In this document: positions 1-12,561 of the stretch, in pieces | Position numbering within the stretch: the stretch's first letter is position 1 | How the letters are laid out: the number at the start of each line of letters is the position of its first letter | Notes under the pieces: model-generated | What the model was told of the DNA's origin: nothing | The model's database searches: none | What the model saw: the letters and a program-made list of their open reading frames with translations, nothing else | NCBI GenBank assembly: GCA_013239625.1 | Contig: MU054098.1 | Span: 310,001-374,000, forward strand | Length of the DNA: 64,000 nt | From: Lama guanicoe | Lineage: Eukaryota | Direction of reading: 5' to 3' | Program-made: the position numbers and the translations under genes

Positions 1-148
1 GAATTCATTCGGGCCCACAATAGCTAGTCTCTAGGGGCTGCAGTAGCAGTGGTGCAAATTTCAGTATCAGTGTATGGCAGTGGTGGCCTAATCAGATTAA
101 TTTTGAGGCATGATTTTAGTTGCAATTCTTATTTTCTAGCCTCTCTTG

Positions 149-1086
149 TGTTAACTGAAAAAAAGGTACTACCTGAAAGTCGACAATTATGTTTTATTTG
201 GGGCATTACTGAGGACTGTAGCCTGGGAAGGCAGCATCTCATATAGCTCTGAGAGACTGTTTTGAAGAAGTAAGAGAGGAGACAAGATATAGAGGAGTTT
301 TTGCTGAGAAAAACAAACAAAACACATGTAGTCAAACATCAAAAGGTTACTGCTAATCACAAAAAACCCCAGACATCTCAAGTTAATGGTTTTAGTGCTT
401 TTCTATATGTGAGAAGATGCAAGAATCTGGGCTCACTGAAATTATTACTTTGATATATATTTTAACTATCTAGGGGTAGTATCTATTTGGTTTGGTTGGT
501 GCCTGGGTGGTAAAAGAACTTACCAAAGACAAAGTATGAAAATAGAAAAATGTGTTAAGTACACTGCCATAGACAAGAGCGGGCCACACAAGGGTCCCTG
601 TGTGAACCCTGAGGGTTGGTTGCTGAGCTCTTTTATTAGGGAGGGTTACATCAGATACCGAAGGGTCATGAGGTGCATGATCGGCTTGTGCACAAGTCTC
701 TGGTTGATGTTGAGATTATAGAGAAGGGAGGGGGCCGTGAAATAGTAGGGCTACCGGACTCTGGTAGGGGGCTGTGACTGGTCCCGGTGGTCAGGCTTCT
801 GGGCATTGTATTGATGATCATTACCTCAGCTAAGGCAGGTACCTATTAGGAAAGGAATGCTCTTTTTTATTTTTAAAGGGCAGCAGCCGGGCGCCTGAGG
901 GGCCTTGGTGCAGAGTGGCCTTGGAGTAGGAATCTGCCAGATGTCTGTGGACTCCACAGTAACTGTTTTTCTCCATCCTGAATTCCCTTCAGGGTGCACC
1001 ATTTGGGGGCGGCTGCAGTGGTTGATGGCTTTGTGACCAAAACATCCTTTGTTTACTGAAATGTCAGGCAACATTCTGTGTCTACA
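149..1086 (-). mobile_element. Solo LTR (ERV1-like), interrupted by a second LTR at 484-958
   Basis: TG..CA termini (tgttaac at 149; tctaca ending 1086). 4-bp flanks cttg/ctta (1 mismatch). TTTATT near 194-199 gives AATAAA on the minus strand. Confidence 0.65.
484..958 (-). mobile_element. Solo LTR nested in the 149-1086 LTR
   Basis: GC-richer block with 5-bp flanks gtatc (479-483) / gtaac (959-963). Right end ...ctccaca; left end TA (presumed mutated TG). Strand is tentative. Confidence 0.55.
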
Positions 1087-1253
1087 CTTACTCCTGCCCT
1101 TTTTCTTGAACCTGGTTCTTTAAAGTCTCTGGCCAGTCCTTGAACTACCCAATTGACTTTTGATAAATTCCTTCCATGCTTAAGGCAACTAGAGTTTGTC
1201 ACAGTCATAAAAACTCTGCTCCTACTGGCATCAGTAGAAATACCTAGTACAAG

Positions 1254-2006
1254 TGTTGTTGAAGCCAAGATCTTGTGCCTGACATACGGTGAGGCCAAAC
1301 AAACTGAAACGTCAGAGCTTGGGGCAGAGAAAGTTTTATCACAAGAGCCAAGCAAGGAGTATAGGTAGCTCATATTCCAAAGACTCAAACTCCCAGATGG
1401 GTTTCAGGGAAGAGTTTTTAAAGGCAAATTTGGGGTGAGAGTTGCAGGATGTGTGCCTTTCTTTGATTGGTTGGTAGTGAGGTAACAGGGTGGTGTTCCA
1501 GGAATCTCAGTTATCAACCTTCTGGTTCCAACAAGTCTGGGGTGCAGGTGCTTGTGCTCAGCCTGAAGTTACCATCCCCCACCTGGGTGGAGGGGTGAAG
1601 GCCTTAGTTTCTGTAGAAGAATCCAGCAATTTGTACTAGATTGTTATGTCTATCCCTTGAGGAGGAACTAACACTTGTTCTTTCCCTGCACTATTGTTTC
1701 TTGATTGCTTTTCCTTTGTGTCTGCATTCTTTCACTCCCCTAATTAGTAACTGTTTGAATCTGTCCTTTGGAATTCAGGGAAGTTTTAGGAGGTTTTTCC
1801 TACAAACAAGAAATGGGGGACATGAAAAGGTTTTTGTACCCGGGAGGGCTCCACAGAGTTCTGCTCAGTTTAAATTCCACCTTTTCTTTGATATTCCTCA
1901 GTCTTGAGGGGAACAAGTCCAGGACAAGAAAGAGAATAGAGCTTTAGGTAGAGAGGTTAATCATAAACTCAGCAGAGGAACTCGATTTTAGGGGGCCTCA
2001 GTTTCA
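1254..2006 (-). mobile_element. ERV1-like LTR with attached polypurine-tract segment and a second LTR-start motif
   Basis: TG at 1254, ...cagtttca at 2006, flanks caag/aaag. 1843-1873 is the reverse complement of the start of the 2778 LTR. PPT-like attccaccttttctt at 1874-1888. Confidence 0.7.
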
Positions 2007-2244
2007 AAAGGGAAATAAATATCCAGTATAAGGGAAAGTTTTCCTTTAGTATTGACTGTTATATATTAACTCATGAACTAGATCGAAACTAGGGAAAAAT
2101 CAACTAGATTTGTGAGGAGATTTAAATCATGTCATGTGAAACAATATCAACAAAATTGTGGATGTGTAGCTGTAGAACAGAGATCTCAGGGGACCTTAAT
2201 TGTTTTGAAATAATCCTATGAAAGGAGGAATTTATTATTCTGTC

Positions 2245-2262
2245 TAGCACTAGAGGGCAGCA
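2245..2262 (+). promoter_or_regulatory. Candidate CTCF-binding motif
   Basis: GCACTAGAGGGCAG (2247-2260) matches the CTCF core CCASYAGRKGGCRS at 13 of 14 positions. Motif only; no binding evidence. Confidence 0.45.
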
Positions 2263-2777
2263 CCAGCCCAAATGCATGAAAGTTAACAGGAAAACCAACT
2301 TCTGCACTGTACAGAGATACTCCAATAATTAAAACCACAATAATGGGACAAAACTATGACAATGGGATAAGCTGCCTTGAATTGAGATACTGACACTGGA
2401 AATATTGAAGCAGAAGCTAGATTATTGATTACTTCAGTGGGTTAGAGTCAGTGACCTCTGAGGTTTGTTGAATATCTGAGATCACAGTATAAGTAAAATG
2501 AACACATGGTGACTTCCAGTTATTTCAGTCTTACAATCTAGAAACCAGTATCAGTCTCTCAGGTTTTTAAAATAGTAAGTAGGCATGATAATAAAGGAAA
2601 AATAGGTAATCATTCCCACCTAGAAGGTGATAGCAACATAGAAGATTTTATATCTAGAATGGAGATTAAGTACTATGATATTTCAGTAAGAAGTTTTCCA
2701 TTCTCTAGGGAAAGAGCCCTGTTATATTGTTCTTATCAGATACTTTTAGGAATACAATCATTCCTATTGTTAGGTTA

Positions 2778-3980
2778 TGAAACTGAGCAGGACCCTGTGG
2801 GGCCACCTTGGGTACAAATACTTTCCATGTCCCCTATTTCTTGTTTGTAGGAAATAGGCTTCATTCAGCCTCCTAGACCTTCCCTGAGTTCCAAAGGGCA
2901 GATTCAAACAGTCGCTAACCAAGGAAAGGAGAGAATATAGAAACAAAGGAGAATGTTGAAATCAAGAAACAATAGTGCAGCCACGGGGCAAGGTCCTGGT
3001 TCCTCCTGAAGGAATACAGATAGTAATATCTTTGAGTTCTTCTGCAAGAACTAAGACCCCCACCCAGGTGGAGGATGGTGACTTTGATGCAGGAAAACAG
3101 ATGTGGGGCATGAGGAGAGCTGTGTCCCAGGTCTCGGTTGAGCCCCTGGGACGCGCCCGGCCAAGTGTGGGTCCTTGGCTTCGCGCAGGAAAGAATTCAA
3201 GAGCTAGCCCCAGTTGAGTGAAGGTAGATTTATTCAGAGAGATACATTGAAAGGCAAGAGAAAGGCCACGAGATGTGGGGGTTGGGTGCCCGGATTAAAA
3301 GTAGGTACACACTCCATAGACAGAATGTGGGCTGTCTCTGAAGAGGGAGAGAGAGGGCAGCCATGAGGCCCCATGTTGCTGGTTTTTATGGGCTTGGTGG
3401 CTTCATATGCTAATAAGTGAAAGGACCATTCTAAGTAGCCCGGGGAAGGGGCTGGGATTCCCAGGAAGTTGGCCATTTCCCACTCTTTGACCTTTTGTGG
3501 CTAGCCGTGGGACGGCCATGGTGCCTGTGGGCATGTTATTCAACATGTTAATATATTACAGTGGGTGTATAATGAAGCTCAAGATCTACTAGAAGTTAAA
3601 TGTCGCATCATCCCGAGCCTTAAGGCCTACTGGGGGTTGAATCTTCCAACATTTTGATGTTAATTTCTGTGGCATTCCTTGAATGGCTGTGCCCTGCCCC
3701 CTTCCTGTCTCAACTTCAGGCAAAGCACCAGATTCCTGGAACACCATCCTGTTATCTCACCACCAACCAATCAAAAGAAAGTCACACACTATACAGCCTT
3801 CACCCTAAATTTTGCCTTTAAAAACTTCTCCCTGGAAACCATGTGGAGTTCAGGTGTTTTGACCACAAGCCACTAGTTCTTGCTTGGCCCTGCAATAAAC
3901 ATTTCTCTGTTCCAAACGCCAGCATTTCGATTTACTTGGCCTCACTGTGTGCCAGACACACAAACTTGCATTGGATAACA
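2778..3980 (+). mobile_element. Solo LTR (ERV1-like), interrupted by a younger LTR at 3085-3712
   Basis: tgaaactgag... to ...ggataaca with perfect 4-bp TSD GTTA (2774-2777 / 3981-3984). CCAAT near 3767, AATAAA at 3894-3899. Confidence 0.85.
3085..3712 (-). mobile_element. Young solo LTR (ERV1-like) nested in opposite orientation
   Basis: TG..CA termini, perfect TSD ACTT (3081-3084 / 3713-3716), retained CpGs (gacgcgcccgg, ttcgcgc), TTTATT near 3229-3234. Confidence 0.85.
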
Positions 3981-4533
3981 GTTACGTCTTTTTTAACATA
4001 AGCATAATTTATTGTTTTGTTGGTAATTAGTTGATCCCTGAGTGACTAAACATATGTCCCAGCAATATTTAAAGTAAGCTCCTATTTCTTCCTTAACAAA
4101 AAAGAAACTTTAAATTGTACAATTAAATTATCAATTGTGTTCATATATGTGTAGGCAATTTGGAAAACAGAAAAATTAAGTAAAAATGGAAAGAAAAGAA
4201 AAAAGAAAAAGAAAAATATTCAAAGATCACTAAACATTTTGTATATTTCCTTTTAGTTATGCTTTCTACATAAAATTTTTTGTGTAGGTAAAACTTACAT
4301 GGTGAAAAACACACCAAATATATATATTTCTTGCTTCCTCCCTAAGATTTATAAAGGTTTGCTTATGTAACTAAAAACAAAAGAAAATTTTTGCACCCAT
4401 AGATTTAAATGCCTGTCTAATATTACTGATATGTAACCTCAGGGACACATCCTTAATTTTGTAATCATTGCTATAGCCCTCACAGTTGATATTCTTTTGG
4501 GATAATTTTGCCCAGATTTTAAAAAATCATTTT

Positions 4534-4534
<1 letters not shown>

Positions 4535-4566
<32 letters not shown>

Positions 4567-5017
4567 GCATAAGTATATATATATATATATATATATAATT
4601 GAAATATAGTCAGTTTACAATGTTGTGTCAATTTCTGGTGTACAGCATAATACTTCAGTCATACATGAACATACATATATTCGTTTTCATATTCTTTTTC
4701 ATCATAAGTTACCACAAGATATTGAGTATAGTTCCCTGTGCTATACAGTATGAACTTGTTGTTTATCTATTTTATATATGGTAGTTAGCATCTGCAAATC
4801 TTGAACTCCCAATTTATCCCTTCCCAACCCCTTTTCTTCCCCAGTAACCATAACTTTGTTTTCTATGTCTGTGAGTCTGTTTCTGTTTTGTGAATAAGTT
4901 TGTCTTTTTTTTTTAGATTTCAGATATAAGTGATATCATATGGTATTTTACTTTCTCTTTCTGGTTTACTTGACTTAGAATGACAATCTCCAGGTCCATC
5001 CATGTTGCTGCAAATGG
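4535..5017 (-). mobile_element. 5'-truncated L1 3' end (young family) with a (TG)n(TA)n microsatellite in its tail
   Basis: Typical antisense L1 3' UTR/ORF2-end sequence (ccatccatgttgctgcaaatgg), similar to copies at 11.5, 15.9, 42.8, 53.8 and 56.1 kb. Degenerate TSD ttaaaaaatcatttt / ttaaaaaccatttt. Confidence 0.85.
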
Positions 5018-6269
5018 TTAAAAACCATTTTATGAGAGGTTTTTGCTCATCATCTACTGCTATGATCATGTGATTTTTCTTCTGTAGCCTGTCGATGTGA
5101 TGGATTACATTAATTGATTTTTAAATCACATGCTTTAATAGAACACAATTCAAACATCTTGCTTCCTTGGAATGCTTTCTTTGAACTTAGTTGCTGAATT
5201 TTTTGCAAGAAAAATTATGGATTATGATCTTATAGAAATTATGTTTGTACATATATTTAAAACAGAAGGTTTCCAAGGAGACTTTCATTTAAAGGCTAAT
5301 ATTTCTAAGAAGATTACTAGATATACTGCTAGATTTTTAAAAAACATTTTCTCATAAGTACTTTTTTTTTTTTTGCTACATATTAGGTAGCCAAGCAGGT
5401 TTCCAAATATTTAGGTATATGTATATACTATCATATAAGAAGAGGATTACTTAACTTTTAAAGAGAATAATATAATTTTTACAGTAAACTCTTTAAACCT
5501 TTATCAAAGCTCATGTTCACATTTCTCAAAATTGCACAATGAGTGTTTTCCTAGAAAGTAAATCATCTGTTGTTTCCTGTTAGGTTGCAATTCTAGGTTA
5601 TAAGCCTGGCTAATGGTAGATAGCAAATAGAAGTAAATGGGGCAAACGTTAATACTCCTATAGTATTTCCAGTTTTCTGTTCCAGTTTCTTATTTCTGAC
5701 ATCCCACTGATAGTGTTAGTGATGGGGGAATTTAAATTCTGAAAAAACGAGAGAAATGAAATAATTTATGTAGAGATGTAAATATGTAGAAGCAGAAGTT
5801 ACAAAAAAATAGAACTCAATCTTTGCAGTTATGCTAATTTTTTCACACAATTGAATTGCATATAACAGATACTGAAATGTGCAAAGAAATTGGGAGGGGG
5901 GATTTTAACCAAATTACACTTGTCACTTTCAAGTGTCAGTTGTGCTTTTTGGAGTCACATTTGAGAATGCTGTGTATCGTTATTTTTAACTCAAAATGAT
6001 AAGCATGGCAAAAATATCTTTGAGGCTAAATATAAAGCAAGGGGATTAGTTCATTCATTTATTCATTTAATGTTTCTTTACTACTTATTATCTCCCTTGT
6101 ACTTCACTGGATTTTACAGTGCAGGTAGCTGAGACACAGTAGGGAGAGAGACAAGTACAAAATCATGAAAATGATGATAAATTGTGAAAATTGATATAAC
6201 AGACTAATGAACAATGTGCTGTGGAATCACATAGGATGGAATAACAACTCTCATGGTATGGAAGTGTAA

Positions 6270-6870
6270 AAAAAAAACTATTACAAACACATGTACACCT
6301 AACAACAGAGTCTCCAAATACATAAAACAAAAAAATGACAGAATTGAAGAGAGAAATAGACAAGTTGACAATAGTTGGAAATTTCAATAGCACACTTTCA
6401 ATAATCAATATAATACTCATTTTAAATGGGTGAATTTTATGGTATGTGAATTATATCTCAACATATCTGTTTTTTTATAAGATGTAGAAGGGCTTTGGTA
6501 GGGAAGACTTCACATGGCAAATATGCATGCAAAAATAACTCAGCTTTGCTGATTTTGTAAAGGAACATTATCATGTGCATTTTTGATAAACTGATAAATG
6601 ATAAATATATGTATTTATATGAGAAAAGTGTATTACACATAATTTTAAAGAATCATCTTTTCTACCACCCAGTGGTATCTACTTATCTTATCTACATAAG
6701 AGTTCCAATTTCTCTGCGACCTCACCAATACTTGTTATTTTCTGTTTTTTTGTTTTTTGTTTTGATAGTAGCACTGTACTGGGGTATGAGGTGACGGTTC
6801 ACTGAAGTTTTGATTTACATTCCTTGATGATTAGTGATGTAAGCATCTCCTGCGCTTGTTGGTCATTTGT
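6270..6870. mobile_element. Old L1M fragments (sense ORF2 endonuclease-region piece about 6270-6460; antisense ORF2 piece about 6690-6870)
   Basis: L1-like motifs acaatagttggaaatttcaata and gtgaattttatggtatgtgaattatatctcaa; antisense ttttgatttacatt..gatgattagtgatgt. Confidence 0.55.
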
Positions 6871-7375
6871 AAATCAACTCCTTTATTTTTTACTCACCAT
6901 TTTCTAATTCAATAGAATTATTTTAAGTTAATATCTTTGGTAATACAATTGATGGCATTGTTTTTCTACTGATATGAAGTAGAACTGCAAGGTTTTTTTC
7001 TACTTCAGAATGCAGATTTCAGTAATTAATTTGCAGATAGAATACTTTTTGCATATCTAGTTTTAAAATTTATTTTGTTTAAAATTTAAAATTTAAATTG
7101 TATATGATGTAAACCATTTGCAAGTAGACCATCTTTTACATTAGAAAATATATGGCACAGTGCCTAACATATAAAAGAAATACGATAAACCTTATTTTCC
7201 TAGTAATTAGTACTTAGCAATTTGACTTATTCTTGGAGATTTTTAAAATATATACCTAATTTTCCACAGGAGTATTTTCCATAATTAAAAATTTAAAACA
7301 GGTTTAGAAAAAGAAAGATTTCTGTCACAAATAAATATGTAGAAAATTAGGGTAATTTTGAAGAAAATAAAGTTA

Positions 7376-8223
7376 TGTAGGGCAGGAGAAGGTTTTCCTT
7401 GACCCTTTTAAGGTCCCTGGCCGGATCCAAAAATTAAACTGACAAAGACATATGAACAGAGGTAAAGCATACAAATTGATTTAATATAAAAGTTTTTGGT
7501 GACACAAGAGCTTTCATAAGAAAATAAAGACCTAAATAAACAGACCTGAATATTTCATGCTAGGTTTAATGAAGAGCGGACAGCAGTGGAGGAATATGAT
7601 AGGTTAAGAATTATGAGGTGTTAAAAGATAAACTGAGGCATATTAACATTTTTAAGAGTTTATTTGACCATTTGTCCATTCAATTCGGGCAGCACTGAAC
7701 CAGAGTGGTTGGGGGCACTCTACCAACAGGAGCTAGGGGAAAGATTTATAGAATCAAAGAAAGGAAATTATTTGATTGGCTATAGCTTATAGCTTGATTG
7801 GCTGCTTGTGGTTGGTTGTCCTTAGCATTTTGATTTTGTAACCTTGAGGTATTTACAGGCTTAGATTTTGATTTGCTTATACAGGCTGCCATGGCATTAG
7901 AGCCACCTCAGTCTAATGGTCTCCTTGTTTAATTAACTTAACAGGAGATAATTGTAGGGGGAGAATTAACAAGGTCTGTTTGTCAAGATTCTTGCTGGCA
8001 TCCCCTTAGTCTTTGGAGACAAGGATGGGCCCTTTTCTCTGGGTATAGAAAAGACACAGTCTTACAAGAGGGTTTTATGACCTGTTTCAGGGGAGGGGTT
8101 GACAAGAGGGGAGAAATTCCGAGTGACCTTCCTGCTTCTGCTGTTTTCTGAAACTCCTTCAGTTTAAAATATTCAGTAAGTCAAGGTGCCATATTTTAGG
8201 GCAATGTGTCCTGAATCTCATCA
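7376..8223 (-). mobile_element. Solo LTR (ERV1-like), interrupted by an LTR at 7619-7943
   Basis: tgtagggg... to ...tctcatca with perfect TSD GTTA (7372-7375 / 8224-8227). Shares motifs with the 12019 LTR. Confidence 0.8.
7619..7943 (-). mobile_element. Short solo LTR, same family as 30890-31215
   Basis: Inverted termini tgttaa..ttaaca. It is the reverse complement of 30890-31215 over its whole length (e.g. ccacctcagtctaatggtctcc vs ggagaccattagactgaggtgg). TSD is not clean (gagg/ggag). Confidence 0.8.
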
Positions 8224-11200
8224 GTTACACATATTCATTTAAAAATACAAACTTACAAAACGGCATCTTTGTAAATTAGTTCTAACATTGAGGTGTAACA
8301 CATTTGGACCAGTATTATTTCTGAAATATAATTTTCTTGGTCAACATAGTTAATGCCATTTTTTTGTCTAAGATTATTTTGTATTTGTCATAATGGCAAA
8401 TCTTGTGTGCAGAATAGCAAAAATAAGATTTTGGAGGTTATGCTATATTTCATTTTGTTTAATTCAATTTATATTGAAAGCCATAGACCTTAAAGTTTAA
8501 TTTTAGAAAATAATATCCCTAGGAAAATACTTCTAAATTATTTTTCTCTATTCTCAAAAAGAAAAAAATTCGTTAAACTCTGAGAAGACAATTTAATTAG
8601 GTTACTATTATTTCAATCACGTGTTACTTTTATTATTTTCAATCTGATGTCAGAAAAAATAATTTATTCCATTTATTCTTCTTGGCATTATCTATTTTCA
8701 TGATGGCATAAGAGCATTTACTTTTAAACACTGGAATTCGAGTCACATAAAACATCAACTTGTCTTTAGTTGTCATAATGCCTTTTATACCAAAATATCA
8801 GAAAAAATATATCTCATGATAATAAATAAATATCACAACTGCACAGTATGGAACTTTCACTGCACGTGTGACTTTAAAAATGTCTTTTTGCTAGGAATGC
8901 GGGAAAGCAATTCTGCCTCAGATGGTGCTACTGATAAATATCACATTTGCCATTTAAGTGCTTTTAACAATGTTTTCTACTTGTAAAAGAAGTGACCTTT
9001 TAGTAAAAGATTTTAAATTAATCTTCCTCAAAATGGAGGCATTCTGAATATTGTTAATTGCATTACAAAAGAATGTAATTGTATGCTACAAAGTAAATGA
9101 AAGTTCAAGGAATTATCTCTTATGTTCGTTTATGCACATTTGGATAATTCAAGCCTACAGTTTTTTTTCCTGGCCTAAACTGATTTTAATTTTCTAATTC
9201 ATTTTCTTTCAGGTCTTTCTTTATGCCAAGTAGATTCAGCTTAAAAATAAAAATAATAATTTTAGAAAGGTACAGAATTTTAAAATGGAAGCCCTGTGGA
9301 TGGTCCAATCCAACCCTATCATTTTAAAGACAAAGAATCTTAGATCCAGAGAGGTTAGCTCTTTGTCTCATAACACACAGCTAGGAAGGAACTGGCAGAA
9401 CAAGACTAGAGAACTAGTTTCCTCAGTTACATTATATGGCCTATCAAAGTAACCTTGTGAGAGGAAGGTGGTGGGATATTTTATTTTTATTTTTTAACTG
9501 TCAAAACGTACCTAGAACACCTTAAAATTTAGAAAAGTTAGCCAAGAAGTTTTGGGGGTGATAATTTTGCTACCGTTTTGAAATACCTACCCTCAAATAA
9601 ATGGGAGGTGAAAATAAATGCATCCAGAAAATGAATTGGGCAAATAATCAACTAAGCTTGTTCCCTTTCTTATCCCTTGTGTTCTGTGTAGCCTGTGGCA
9701 TTAAAAATATCCATTTCATAATTACATTTTCTGGATCAATTCACAAATCTTCACAAAGTCATGGTAAGGTTTTTTATGAGCAACATGCTTCACATGTTCT
9801 CATTTGCTTAAAGCTATTGTCTTTGCTTCTTTTCTCTTTCCACTACATTGGACACAGTGCCTCTCCTCCCCAACTCGTAGCCTTTTTTTCTCATTAAGAT
9901 TGCAGGTTCATGAGTTCCATTATGTAAGCTCAGATACAGAGAAAAGATGTAATTGAGGTCTTTCCTAAAGAGTAGAGCCCAGAAAAATATGCATTTTTTT
10001 CGGTTCCTCATTTTTCCCAAGCGATGAATAGGAATAGTTTGTGGCAGATCCCCCTGTGCTCACACACTCTAGTACACAGCTGGTGAATTGTTTAGCACTC
10101 GGCATGTAGCCTGACCTGCACCGACACCCGGAGCTGGGGCCAGGGCTCACGGCTTCTGTCATAGCTGCATGCAGAAAACGCACAAAGCTGAATTTGGAAA
10201 GTGAGAGAAAGGATAAAAATGAAACATCACAATAAATCTGCTGTCAGGGTTTTTTTTTTTCCTATTTGTTGACAACACAAATAAACAAATTCAAATTCAC
10301 CTTCTAGATCCAGACTACTGGAAAGTGATTATTGTTCAAAATGATAACCCCAAAAGGTACTACATGTTCAAGGTATTTTAAAAAAAAAAAAGCTTAAGTT
10401 TTGGTTTTCATTAATCCAATTCAATTGAATTTGGTTCTGTTAATATTCTTTAGAATATTCTTATTCAACATGAATTTGAACAGAAATGAATTTAGCTACA
10501 TTTCATCAGAAAATCGATTTGGTCAAGACATCCTATTCCCTGAGCATTTGGTTCAGGTTTCATAATTTAGTATCTATGCCTGAAGCCATCTTTCAGACAT
10601 GGTATTTCAAAAATTTCATTCCTGTAAAAGTCAAAGAAATGTATTTTCTAAATAAGAAAACTATTTTTCAATTCTGCCATATTTTTCAACTGTGATGTCA
10701 AATAGCTTATGTTTTGGGGGTAAAAGAATGCATTCAGTAAGAGATCTACACCCCTCATTAATGTGACTGCTTCATTTTCTGGGCTGCATCCTGTCTGTTA
10801 CTCTCTTGCTATTCAGATAAATTACCTACTTTCACAAGCTCAGTGAAGCATTGCTAGCTGTATACTTGGGCATATTCAGCAACTCTGAGATACTCTTAGG
10901 CATATATGAACTCTTTGTTAAGAACCTTCCGAAAATGAATAGAAAGGAACATTTTTTTTGGTTTCTCTACTATTGTACAAACTACCACATAATAAAATCA
11001 CAATTATTTTCTTTCATTAAACATTTCACTGAAAATCCATTCATGCTCAAGTGCTTCTGTTAAGTAACATTCACCATTTCTTTTAATTTTTAATACAAAA
11101 ACGGTTTGCCATAGTTGCTGCCTTACATATCAAACTGATGTTTTAAAGACGATGCAGCATCTTCCAGTTTTCATTTTTCAGAACACAGGAACCAGTAAGA

Positions 11201-11512
11201 AATAAAGGAACTGTAACACCTTTAAAAGATATCAAATCAATACCTTCACCTTTAGCTTTTGAATTTAGCTATAAGGGCCCTTGGGCTTGTTCTTGGCTTT
11301 GTTAAGAGCCAGAGCTTGCTTTCCAGATGTTTCTATTGCTTTACTGTCATGACTGATAATTCTGTAGTAAAAGCTATTTGCGCACATACTTTGGTAATAG
11401 TACTACCTAACTAGTAAATGAAGATACTGTCACTAGGACACAGCAAACTACTACTAACTTCCCTCACCTGCAAAGGTTTCCTACAGGCTTCCCTTTCCTC
11501 TAAAGACTTGTG

Positions 11513-12000
11513 TATTTTTTTATAGTCAATTTACAATGTTGTATAAATTTCTGGTGTACAGCATAATGTTTCAGTCATACATATACATACATATATTCCT
11601 TTTTCATTTTCTTTTTCATTATAGCTTACTACAAGATACTGAATATAGTTCCCTGTGCTATACAGTAGAACCTTGTTGTTTATTTTATATTTAGTAGTTA
11701 GTATCTGCAAATCTCAAACTTCTAATTTATCCCTTCGCACTCCCTTTACCTCCTGGTAACCATAAGTTTGTTTCCTATGTCTGCGAGTCTATTTCTGTTT
11801 TGTAAATAAGTTCATTCATGTCTTTTTTTTTTTTTTAAGATTTCACATGTAAGTGATATCTTATGGTATTTTTTTTCTCTTTCTGGCTTACTTCACTTAG
11901 AATGATGATCTCCAGGTCCACTCAAGTTGCTGCAAATGACATTATTTTTTCTTTTTTATAGGTGGGTAGTATTCTATTGTATAAATATACCACAACTTTG
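11513..12000 (-). mobile_element. 5'-truncated L1 3' end (young family)
   Basis: Aligns by eye with 4599-5017; T-rich tail on the left. No clear TSD. Confidence 0.85.
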
Positions 12001-12018
12001 TGGACTGTTTACAGCTAC

Positions 12019-12561
12019 TGTAGGAGAGGAAAATAATCTTCCCTTTACACTTCTGAGTTCTTGGATGAGACCCCCCTCCCGGTAATAAAAGATTAACAAG
12101 AGAAAAACAAGCAGAACTTTATTAACATGTATACTTCATGTATACATGGGAGATATCCAGGGAAACTGAAGAATTCCCCAAGACGGCCCAAGTCGTCACC
12201 TTAAGTAAATACCATCTTCAGTTAGAGACAAAAGACAGATGTTGATTGTGAGGGGAACCAGCTATGGGAGTGACCAGGAAAAGCACAATAAACAAGGGTA
12301 AGTTTTCTTATGCAGATTCAAGTGGGCACCTTCTCCATTGATAAGATTCTCTTGTGATTTGGAGTCTTTCTTCTCTTCCTGGTACAGAGGGGGAGACACT
12401 TGCAAGTGGATATTTACTTTATAAATGTAAATTTCCCTTGCAAAAGCGTAACTTCTGTTTTCAGAGCTTCTCCATCTCTGCTATTTCTCAAAATAATCAG
12501 CTCAAAATAATCCTTATGCGAAAGAGGCGTATTTTCGGGTGGCTTGTTCTGCTACACTTCA
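12019..12561 (-). mobile_element. Solo LTR (ERV1-like)
   Basis: tgtaggagag... to ...cacttca, flanks ctac/ttac; TTTATT at about 12118-12123. Confidence 0.7.
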
